64,000 nucleotides of DNA from an uncultured Verrucomicrobia subdivision 3 bacterium (GTDB lineage: Bacteria; Verrucomicrobiota; Verrucomicrobiia; Limisphaerales; UBA11358): the NCBI GenBank assembly GCA_903918885.1, contig CAIXFY010000027.1, positions 76,542 through 140,541 on the forward strand, written 5' to 3'. Below, in pieces: positions 1 to 7,611 of this stretch. The position numbers and the translations under genes are program-made. The notes under the pieces were generated by a model. The model saw only the letters and a program-made list of their open reading frames with translations. It ran no database searches and had not been told where the DNA came from. Numbering within the stretch: the stretch's first letter is position 1; every line of letters starts with the position of its first letter.

Positions 1-8
1 ATTTTGAT

Positions 9-926
9 ATGGGCTGGATCAAGCGAAATCTTTTTTTTGTGATTGTCGGCGGCGTGGCTTTGGGGCTGCTGGGCTTGGCTGGCTTTTATATTTACAGCGG
101 CTGGGCGCGCAATTCCGAGGCTTCCGACAAACTGACTGAAGTTTATGGCACGCTGAAAAATCTTCAGTCCCAATCGCCGTCTCCCGGCAATGAAAAGGTG
201 GATAACGCCAAAATTGCAAAAGAGCAACAACGGCAGGTTCAAGCTTGGATTAAGTCGGCGGAAAAATATTTTCAGCCGATTTCCGGTATCCCGGCCAGCG
301 CGAATGTTACCAGCGAGGCCTTTGCCGGCGCGTTGCGGCGCACGGTGGACGCGTTGCAGCGCGAGGCAGAAAGCGCTGGCGTGACGCTGCCGCCAAAGTA
401 TGACTTTTCATTTTCCGCCCAGCGGCCTCTGGTAAAATTCTCCGAGGGCAGTCTGGATTCATTGGCAATGCAATTAGGCGAAGTTAAAACCATCGCGGAA
501 ATTATTTTCAACGCCCACGTCAATGCCTTGGACAGTATTCAGCGGGGGCGTGTTTCGACGGATGACGCGGCCGGATCACAGGGCGACTACATCGAAGAGC
601 CGTCCGTCACGAACAACTTGGTGGTCATGACGCCTTATGTCGTGACATTTCGCAGCTTCACTCCGGAACTGTCGCGGGTGATTGCCGCATTTGCGGCTTC
701 ATCAAACGCCTTTTTGATTAAGGATATCAACATTCAACCCGCTGGTGCGTCGGTCCTGACGGCGGCGAACTCGATGTCGGCTAGTGCTCCGGGAATGATG
801 GGAATGCCGCCGCCCGCCGCCTCGCCGACCATGGCGGACAAAGGCGTTTTGCCGACGGTTTTGAAAGAGCAATTGCTCCGGATAACGCTCCGGCTTGAAC
901 TCGTGAAACTGCAGCCAAAGAGTTAA
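9..926 (+). CDS. Membrane-anchored type IV pilus-cluster protein, Amuc_1100-like (PilO-like position)
   Basis: 305-aa ORF. It has an N-terminal TM helix (NLFFVIVGGVALGLLGLAGFYIY), a coiled-coil-like segment, a Pro/Ala/Met-rich linker, and a C-terminal strand KEQLLRITLRLELVKLQPK. It lies two genes upstream of a secretin, matching the order I recall for the Akkermansia Amuc_1100/1099/1098 locus. Similarity is from memory and was not computed. Confidence 0.6.
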   Translation: MGWIKRNLFFVIVGGVALGLLGLAGFYIYSGWARNSEASDKLTEVYGTLKNLQSQSPSPGNEKVDNAKIAKEQQRQVQAWIKSAEKYFQPISGIPASANVTSEAFAGALRRTVDALQREAESAGVTLPPKYDFSFSAQRPLVKFSEGSLDSLAMQLGEVKTIAEIIFNAHVNALDSIQRGRVSTDDAAGSQGDYIEEPSVTNNLVVMTPYVVTFRSFTPELSRVIAAFAASSNAFLIKDINIQPAGASVLTAANSMSASAPGMMGMPPPAASPTMADKGVLPTVLKEQLLRITLRLELVKLQPKS

Positions 927-927
927 C

Positions 928-1716
928 ATGCAATTTCTCAAAAAACATTACGAAAAGATTTTGCTGGGCATCGTGCTGGCGGGCATGGTGGGCGTGTTGG
1001 TGTTCATGATTTTTTACATCAGCGCTGACAAGCAGGCGATGGATGACAATGCCAACAGCCTCATCAATCCAACGGTGAAGCCGCTGCCGGATTTGGATTT
1101 GACCACCAATGTGGCGGCGGTGACCCGGCTGCAATCGCTCTACGCACTGGATTTGGATTCGAGCAACAAGGTGTTCAATCCATTTGAGTGGGTGCGGACG
1201 GCAGACAACCAAGTTGTGCGCAAAAACACTAACGTAGGCCCACAGTTTGCCGTAGTCACCAACATCGCGCCGCTATATCTGGTGCTTTCATTGGATTCCA
1301 TCACCACCAATGAATTGGGCGCTCGTTATATTATCGGCGTTGAGAAACAAGCGGCCTCCACCGTGGCTAAGCGCCATAAACAACAGCGCTTTGTTTCCAA
1401 GGGCGACAAGGCCAACGACGCATTTATGCTGGTGGAAGTAAAAGGTGCGCCGGAAAGTCCTGACGCGCTGGTCTTCAAATTAGTGGACAGCGGTGAACTG
1501 GCCACGGTGACGCGAGAAAAAGTATTTCGCCGGGTGGATGCTTACGTTGCTGATTTCCGTTACGATCCCGAGAAGAAAATTTTTCGTGGGCGGCGGGCGG
1601 GAGACAAAGTCACCTTTGCGGGAACCGATTTTATCGTGGCGGATGTGAATCCGCATGAATTAGTTTTAGAAGATCAGTCGAACCAGAAAAAAACCTCTTT
1701 GCCATTTGCTCCGTGA
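928..1716 (+). CDS. Membrane-anchored pilus-cluster protein of unknown function (PilP-like position)
   Basis: 262-aa ORF whose ATG lies 1 nt after the upstream stop. It has a single N-terminal TM helix (ILLGIVLAGMVGVLVFMIFYI) followed by a soluble domain. It sits between the PilO-like gene and the secretin. I recognised no catalytic or named motif. Confidence 0.45.
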   Translation: MQFLKKHYEKILLGIVLAGMVGVLVFMIFYISADKQAMDDNANSLINPTVKPLPDLDLTTNVAAVTRLQSLYALDLDSSNKVFNPFEWVRTADNQVVRKNTNVGPQFAVVTNIAPLYLVLSLDSITTNELGARYIIGVEKQAASTVAKRHKQQRFVSKGDKANDAFMLVEVKGAPESPDALVFKLVDSGELATVTREKVFRRVDAYVADFRYDPEKKIFRGRRAGDKVTFAGTDFIVADVNPHELVLEDQSNQKKTSLPFAP

Positions 1717-4640
1717 ATGTTAAAAATCTTAAATTGAAATCACGCCACGTTGACCAAACAACTATTCCCATGATTAAAGCCGCCATTATTTGCCTCGGGT
1801 TCGCCGCCGTGGTCGCCTTTCCCTCGATTGCGCCAGCCCAAGACAATTCCACTGCCGTTGCCATCAACGAAGCCGTGCTGCGCCAGGCCAACACCATCGT
1901 CTTGCGCCAGAAGCTTGCTGAAGCTCGCCGGGCTCAGCAGGCCGGGGACGTGGCCAACGCCGCCAAGCTCTATCAGGAATCCACCGACCTCATCCAGAAA
2001 ATCGGCTCCGGCATCGATGCGGAATCGGCACAGGCCATCAAGGGTTTGACCGATACGCGGCTGGCGCTCGCCCACGCGGAACAGGCGCGGGGAGATTTGC
2101 ATGCCGCCGCCAATCAGGCGCAGCAAGTGTTGAAAGCCGATCCAAATAATGCCGCTGCGCTCGCCTTCAAAAAACAGAACGATCAGATGATGGCCGCGTT
2201 GAAAGGTAAATTACCCAGCTCCGAGACGATGGATCAGATTCCCCAAGTCCTCGCGCAAAAAACCGACGCGGGCACATTGGTGCAAGATGGAAAATTACTT
2301 TACGAAATGGGCAAGTTGGATGACGCGGAAGCCAAGTTGAGCATGGCGCTTTCGCTCGATGCGGACAACACCTCGGCCTATTATTATTTGAACCTGATTC
2401 AGCAGGCCAAATTCGCCCGCGAAAGTTCGCAGCATACTGTGGACACCCAGATTCGCATGGCGCAGGTTGAAAAACAATGGGTGTTGCCCACGAAGAATGT
2501 AACCGATCCCAGTCGTCCCAATCCCTATGCGACAAATCCTCTCATTTACACCGGCCCCGGACGTCAGGCGATTGTCTCCAAACTGGATCACATTCACTTG
2601 GACAATGTTTCATTTGACGGTCTGCCGTTGACCGAAGTGCTCCGCACATTGAGCGAACAATGCAAACTGCGCGACCCCGAACGAAAAGGAATTAATTTCT
2701 TAATCAACCCCAACGCCGATCAATCCGGACAACCAGCGGGTGGCGGTTCTGGCGGTCCTGGCGGTGCGGCCGCCATTGATCCGGCCACCGGACTTCCGGC
2801 CGCTGCGCCCACAGCTGCCGCCGGTGGTGGCGGCGGTGAGTCGTCCGATATTGGCGCGACCATCATTAAAATTCCCAGTCTTAATGATGTGCGCATGGCG
2901 GATGTGTTGGATGCCATTGTCTTGGTGGCCGATCATCCGGTGAAATATTCCGTCCAAGATTTCGCTGTGGTTTTTTCTGCCAAAGGCCCGGAAACGCCCC
3001 AATTGTTCAGCCGCACCTTCAAGGTTGATCCGAATACATTTTACTCTGGTCTAGAAAGCGTATCGGCTCAAAGCTTCGGCGGTGTCAGCAGCAGTGGTGG
3101 TGGCGGTGGCGGCGGTGGTGGCGGCGGCGGCGGCAGCCGTGGTGGTGGCGGTGGTGGCGGACAAAATCAAAATAACGGCGCAGTCGTTGGGATTGTAAAT
3201 GCGTTTGCCGGCTCCGGCGGTCTTCGCAGCAGTGGTGGCTCCGGCGGTGGCGGCGGTGGCGGCGGTGGCGGCGGCAGTCAAGGTGGTGCTGCGAATCCGT
3301 TGGATAGCACCGGTGGCGCTAATGGCGGAGGTGGCGGAGGTGGTCAAAGTGGCCAAGGTGGATTGCATTATATCACCCAAGTCACGCTGGCGTCTACGCC
3401 CAGCGAAGCGGCCCGAGCATTCTTCACCGCGTTAGGTGTGAATTTGAGCACGCCTCCTGGCAAATCCGTATTTTTCAACGACCGTCTCGGAAAACTTTTT
3501 GTCAAAGCGACCGAACAGGACTTGGACACGATTGAACGCGCCATTGAAGCGTTGAATGAAGTGGCACCGCAAGTTCATATCAAGTCGCGTTTCATCGAAG
3601 TGCAACAGGACGATGGAAAGGCGCTCGGCTTTGACTGGTATCTTGGCCAGTTTGGTAACAGCGTGGTCGCTTCCGGTGGCACAGCTCCGTCCCTGAATGT
3701 GCCCACCACGGCGGGAAGTCCGCTCGGTGCTTTCCCTGGAAATACTGCGGCCAACGTTATTGCCGGTGCCGCCTCTGATCAATTGGTGACCGGCGGGCTG
3801 CGCAGTTCGGGACCGACGGTGGCGACCATTACCGGCATTTTGACCGATCCCAATTTCCGCGTGGCCATCCACGCATTGGAACAGCGTCAAGGTGTGGAAA
3901 CCTTGGCGGAACCGGAAGTGACCACCACCTCCGGACGTCAGACCCAGATGCGCGCCACCACCGTGAAAAATGTGGTGACGGACTTTTCATTTAATAACGG
4001 AACCGCTAACAACGGTGGCGGTGGTAATAATAATGGCAACAATAATGGCAATGGCGCGGTTCAACAGCCGGGGGTCGCCTCGGTTTCCCCTGTGACGCAG
4101 CAGATTGAGACCGGGCCAATTCTCGATGTTGTGCCTTACGTTTTGTCCGACGGCTATACCATCAACCTCGCGTTGATTCCGTCTGTCACCGAGTTCATTG
4201 GTTACGACACGATTACCTCGGGAGAGATTCCCGGTTATAATCCAGGCAGCCAGATTGGCACCTTGAACGGCACGACTTTGCCCGTGGCTTTGCCTAACTT
4301 TACCATTCGTCAAGTGGTGACGACGGTGAATGTTTGGGATAACCAGACCGTGGTGTTGGGTGGTTTGATTTCTTCACAAGTGCAGAGCATTAAGGACAAA
4401 GTTCCTATGATTGGCGACCTGCCGGTGGTCGGCCGGCTATTCCAAAGCCAGAGCAAGACCACATCCAAGAAAAATCTCATGATATTTGTGACCGCCACCG
4501 TGGTGGATCCGGCTGGCAACCGCGTGCATTCAGATGACGATTTGCCGTTTGCGCAGAATGCGGTTCCGCCGCAGCCGCCGGGTGCCGGCAAGATGACGGA
4601 AACCGTGCAGCAGGTGCAGGCGCCCGCCGCCAATCCGTGA
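1713..4640 (+). CDS. pilQ: Secretin (PilQ/GspD family) with TPR-like N-region and poly-Gly linkers
   Basis: 975-aa ORF with a canonical secretin C-domain (VLGGLISSQVQSIKDKVPMIGDLPVVGRLFQSQSKTTSKKNLMIFVTATVV). A signal peptide starts at the internal ATG at 1770 (MIKAAIICLGFAAVVAFPSIAPAQ). The GTG at 1713 overlaps the upstream stop (GTGA), so the true start may be 1770. Confidence 0.85.
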   Translation: MNVKNLKLKSRHVDQTTIPMIKAAIICLGFAAVVAFPSIAPAQDNSTAVAINEAVLRQANTIVLRQKLAEARRAQQAGDVANAAKLYQESTDLIQKIGSGIDAESAQAIKGLTDTRLALAHAEQARGDLHAAANQAQQVLKADPNNAAALAFKKQNDQMMAALKGKLPSSETMDQIPQVLAQKTDAGTLVQDGKLLYEMGKLDDAEAKLSMALSLDADNTSAYYYLNLIQQAKFARESSQHTVDTQIRMAQVEKQWVLPTKNVTDPSRPNPYATNPLIYTGPGRQAIVSKLDHIHLDNVSFDGLPLTEVLRTLSEQCKLRDPERKGINFLINPNADQSGQPAGGGSGGPGGAAAIDPATGLPAAAPTAAAGGGGGESSDIGATIIKIPSLNDVRMADVLDAIVLVADHPVKYSVQDFAVVFSAKGPETPQLFSRTFKVDPNTFYSGLESVSAQSFGGVSSSGGGGGGGGGGGGGSRGGGGGGGQNQNNGAVVGIVNAFAGSGGLRSSGGSGGGGGGGGGGGSQGGAANPLDSTGGANGGGGGGGQSGQGGLHYITQVTLASTPSEAARAFFTALGVNLSTPPGKSVFFNDRLGKLFVKATEQDLDTIERAIEALNEVAPQVHIKSRFIEVQQDDGKALGFDWYLGQFGNSVVASGGTAPSLNVPTTAGSPLGAFPGNTAANVIAGAASDQLVTGGLRSSGPTVATITGILTDPNFRVAIHALEQRQGVETLAEPEVTTTSGRQTQMRATTVKNVVTDFSFNNGTANNGGGGNNNGNNNGNGAVQQPGVASVSPVTQQIETGPILDVVPYVLSDGYTINLALIPSVTEFIGYDTITSGEIPGYNPGSQIGTLNGTTLPVALPNFTIRQVVTTVNVWDNQTVVLGGLISSQVQSIKDKVPMIGDLPVVGRLFQSQSKTTSKKNLMIFVTATVVDPAGNRVHSDDDLPFAQNAVPPQPPGAGKMTETVQQVQAPAANP
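3078..3364 (+). repeat. In-frame (GGY)n simple-sequence tracts encoding poly-Gly runs inside the secretin
   Basis: This stretch encodes SSSGGGGGGGGGGGGGSRGGGGGGGQNQNNG ... SGGSGGGGGGGGGGGSQGG ... GGGGGGGQSGQGG. The DNA is almost pure GGT/GGC repeats. Related low-complexity tracts lie at about 2722-2845 (G/P/A-rich) and 3995-4075 (N/G-rich). Confidence 0.9.
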
Positions 4641-5521
4641 ACCGGTTGCTGATTGTTGACGGCCACGCCTACGCATACCGGGCATTTCATGCCATCCGGG
4701 AATTGCGTTCGCCAACCGGCCAGCCGACGAATGCCATTTACGGCTTCGTCAAGATGCTGGAAAAAATGCAGGCGGCCATTGAGCCGACGCATCTGATGGT
4801 GGTGTGGGATGGTGGCTTGAGTGCGGAACGGCTCGCGGCACTGCCGGATTACAAGGCGCAACGGCCGGAGATGCCGGCGGATTTGCGGCCGCAGTTGGAC
4901 GGGATTGAAAATTTTTTGGCGGCGGCCGGCGTGCCGAGTTATTGCGGCGAAGGCGTGGAGGCGGATGATTATATCGCCACCCTCGCGCGGCGCGCGGCGG
5001 CGGCGGGTTGGAATGTGGTGATTGCCAGTTCCGACAAGGATTTTATGCAGTTGGTCACGGCGCGGATTGGGTTGTTGAACCCGAACGACAAGACCGGCGC
5101 AGTGTGGACGCACGAACAGGTGCAAGCCAAAACCGGGGTCGCGCCGGAGCAGGTGGCGGACTGGCTCGCCTTGATGGGCGATGCGGTGGACAACATTCCC
5201 GGCGTGCCGGGCGTCGGACCGAAGACGGCGGCGGAGTTATTGAAACAATTTGGTTCAGTCGAGTCGCTGTTAGATCGGCTGGATGAAGTGAAGTCGGAAA
5301 AATTGCGCGCGGCGCTGCGGGAGTCCGCAGCGAATGTCCGGCGCAACCAGCGGCTGGTGCGGCTGCCGGAAGTGCCGTGCGAATTTTCGCCGGAACAACT
5401 GGTAGTTCGGTCGGCGAACCGGGAACGGCTGCACGAATTGTTTGGCGGCTGGGGATTCAAAGGAATGCTCGCCGCGTTGGAAGTCACGGCGGTGTCGGAG
5501 AAACAGGCGGAGTTGATTTGA
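4637..5521 (+). CDS. Stand-alone 5'-3' exonuclease (FEN / Pol I N-terminal nuclease domain)
   Basis: 294 aa. It begins LLIVDGHAYAYRAFHAI, and also carries YKAQRPEMP, SSDKDFMQLV and the H3TH motif GDAVDNIPGVPGVGPKTAAELL. No polymerase domain follows. The GTG start overlaps the secretin stop (GTGA). Confidence 0.88.
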   Translation: MNRLLIVDGHAYAYRAFHAIRELRSPTGQPTNAIYGFVKMLEKMQAAIEPTHLMVVWDGGLSAERLAALPDYKAQRPEMPADLRPQLDGIENFLAAAGVPSYCGEGVEADDYIATLARRAAAAGWNVVIASSDKDFMQLVTARIGLLNPNDKTGAVWTHEQVQAKTGVAPEQVADWLALMGDAVDNIPGVPGVGPKTAAELLKQFGSVESLLDRLDEVKSEKLRAALRESAANVRRNQRLVRLPEVPCEFSPEQLVVRSANRERLHELFGGWGFKGMLAALEVTAVSEKQAELI

Positions 5522-5634
5522 AAATGAATTTGCGAAGCTGGATCAATTTGATGGCCGGTGCAATGAAATGCCCGGCGGCCACGACGGATGTTTTTAGACA
5601 AACCCGCCGCAGTGGCTTATTTTCCCCGATTCAC

Positions 5635-7602
5635 ATGATGTCATCATCTGCCCTGCGAATTTTGGCTGTGTGTGCGGTTGGCGCCACGGCGTTTTCTTTC
5701 ATTGCCTCCGCGCAAACCAGTTATTACGGAACCAACGGCGCGGAATACGCCGTTATCGGTCCGTTGGCGGGTGACCAAATGTTTCCCGATGCCGCACTTG
5801 CCACCAATGGCGGCTTTGTGGTCTGGCAGGATAATGCGACGGACGGCAGCGGCTGGGGCATCAGCGCTCGCCGGGTGGACAACACGTTGTCCGGCACCTT
5901 GAGCACTTTCCGCGTGAACGCGCAGGGTTCCAACGATCAGGAAAATGCTCGCGTCACGTTGCTCAAGAACGGCGGCGCGGCGTTTGTGTGGCAGGGCGGC
6001 AAAGAAGGCTACCAACATATTTTTGCGCGCTACCTGACGCCGACGAACACCTGGCTGACGACCACAGACATAGTCGTGAGCACCTTCATAAATAATTTTC
6101 AGGTCAATCCGGCCATCGCCACGCTCAACAACAGCAACCTCGTCGTGGTGTGGGCAAGTTTCAACCAAGCCAGCACCAACAGTCTGCTGGATGTGTATGC
6201 CAAAATTCTTTCGCCGGTGGGCGCGACGGTGAAGAGCGAATTTCTGGTTAATCAGGTCACCAATTACAACCAACGCACGCCGTCGGTGGCGGCGTTGAAA
6301 AGCGGCGGCTTTGTGGTGGCGTGGGTTTCCGAGCAGCAGCGGTTAGCGGTGGCCGCGCAGGGAACCAATTCAACTTATCGCACGGCGAGTTCCTCGTTGG
6401 TTCCGAGCGTGGATATTTATGCGCGGATGTTTTCGAGCAATGGCGTCGCCTCTGGCAGTGAGTTTGTCGTGAATCCAGATTACAATGTCTGCGCGAATCC
6501 TGTCGTGGCGTCGGCTTCGGACGGCAGCTTCATGGTCGCTTGGTCGCGGCGCGATCAGGCCACTCCAGTCAACGGTTGGGACGTTTATGCGCGCGGCTAT
6601 TCTGCTGCCGGTGTGGGTGGCAGCGTAAGCCGGGTGAACACTTTCGTGACCGGCAATCAATATGGGCCCCGGCTGGTTTCCATTGGCTTGGATTATTTGG
6701 TGGTCTGGACGAGTCTGGGTCAGGATGGTTCGCGCGAGGGGGTTTACGGTCAGTTCTTGCACAGCGATGGAACATTGACGGGCAATGAACGCCGGGTGAA
6801 TTCAACGACGGCGAGCCAGCAGATGCAACCGGTGGTGGCTTCGGACGGGGTGAGCCAGTTTCTGGCCGTGTGGACCAGTTATACCGGCAATCCCTACAGC
6901 TTCGATCTTTACGCTCAGCGTTACATGAATGTGAATGCTCTTTTGCAGGCCATGCCGGCGCCGTTCGTCTATGTTCCGTTCGTGGTTAGCAACAATGTTT
7001 ACCAACCGCAGTTGCAGGTGGCGTGGGCTCCGTTGCAGGGCCTGTCGGTTTCCAACTACCAAGTCTTCGTGAATGGCGGTGCCTCGCCGATGGCGGTGAC
7101 GGCGAGCAATATTTGGGTCATGACGGCGGCGAACGGCTTGACCAGCAGTAGCTCGAATTCCTTCCAGTTGAAATATGTGCTGACGGACGGGCGCGTATCG
7201 CCCCTTTCGCCATCGGCCGGCGGGACAACGTGGTCGGGAGCCAACTATTACGGGATTCCGTCCGAATGGGTGCAAGGTTATTACGGTCCCAACATTGCAA
7301 ATTGGCCAGCCAACGCGAACGCTCCGTTGGTCGCGGGCGGGCCAAGCTTGTTGCAGGTCTATTTGAGCGGCGGCAATCCGCTGAACGCCAGCACTTGGCT
7401 GAAGACGGCGCTAACGAAGACCAGTCAGGGTTTCTTCCTGAACTGGAACACCCAGCCGGGCTTCACCTATCAGGTGCAGACGACCGCGAACTTTGTGTCC
7501 TGGCAGAATGTGGGCACGCCCCGATTTGCGGCGGGCACGAGCGATTCAATTTATGTCGGAACCAGTTCGGTGGGTTATTACCGCGTGTATCTGCTCCGCT
7601 AA
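5635..7602 (+). CDS. Secreted protein with seven ~55-aa propeller-like repeats and a C-terminal beta-sandwich ...YYRV module
   Basis: The ORF is open from 5377, but a signal peptide appears only at the ATG at 5635 (MMSSSALRILAVCAVGATAFSFIASAQ). There are seven repeats of the type ...GGFVVxW....DGS..G(I/V)YA(R/Q). The C-terminus reads FTYQVQTTANFVSWQNVG...GYYRVYLLR. Confidence 0.65.
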   Translation: MMSSSALRILAVCAVGATAFSFIASAQTSYYGTNGAEYAVIGPLAGDQMFPDAALATNGGFVVWQDNATDGSGWGISARRVDNTLSGTLSTFRVNAQGSNDQENARVTLLKNGGAAFVWQGGKEGYQHIFARYLTPTNTWLTTTDIVVSTFINNFQVNPAIATLNNSNLVVVWASFNQASTNSLLDVYAKILSPVGATVKSEFLVNQVTNYNQRTPSVAALKSGGFVVAWVSEQQRLAVAAQGTNSTYRTASSSLVPSVDIYARMFSSNGVASGSEFVVNPDYNVCANPVVASASDGSFMVAWSRRDQATPVNGWDVYARGYSAAGVGGSVSRVNTFVTGNQYGPRLVSIGLDYLVVWTSLGQDGSREGVYGQFLHSDGTLTGNERRVNSTTASQQMQPVVASDGVSQFLAVWTSYTGNPYSFDLYAQRYMNVNALLQAMPAPFVYVPFVVSNNVYQPQLQVAWAPLQGLSVSNYQVFVNGGASPMAVTASNIWVMTAANGLTSSSSNSFQLKYVLTDGRVSPLSPSAGGTTWSGANYYGIPSEWVQGYYGPNIANWPANANAPLVAGGPSLLQVYLSGGNPLNASTWLKTALTKTSQGFFLNWNTQPGFTYQVQTTANFVSWQNVGTPRFAAGTSDSIYVGTSSVGYYRVYLLR

Positions 7603-7611
7603 CCATTTTGT

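Noticed and set aside
3078-3364. Poly-Gly region as an assembly artefact or a gene boundary.
   Set aside because: The reading frame stays open through the tract, and recognisable secretin-associated sequence lies in the same frame on both sides.
4310-5125. 271-aa ORF antisense to the secretin and exonuclease genes. Similar long antisense ORFs occur at 26645-27520, 34727-35872, 38197-39222, 42155-43075 and 45760-46578.
   Set aside because: Each lies opposite a confidently identified gene. They are Arg/Gly/His-rich with no motifs, which is typical shadow ORF behaviour in GC-rich coding DNA.
5377-5634. N-terminal 86-aa extension of the propeller-repeat protein ORF, overlapping the exonuclease gene.
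   Set aside because: The extension is Gly/Arg-rich, overlaps a confident CDS in another frame, and precedes a clear signal peptide at 5635. I treat it as read-through of an open frame.
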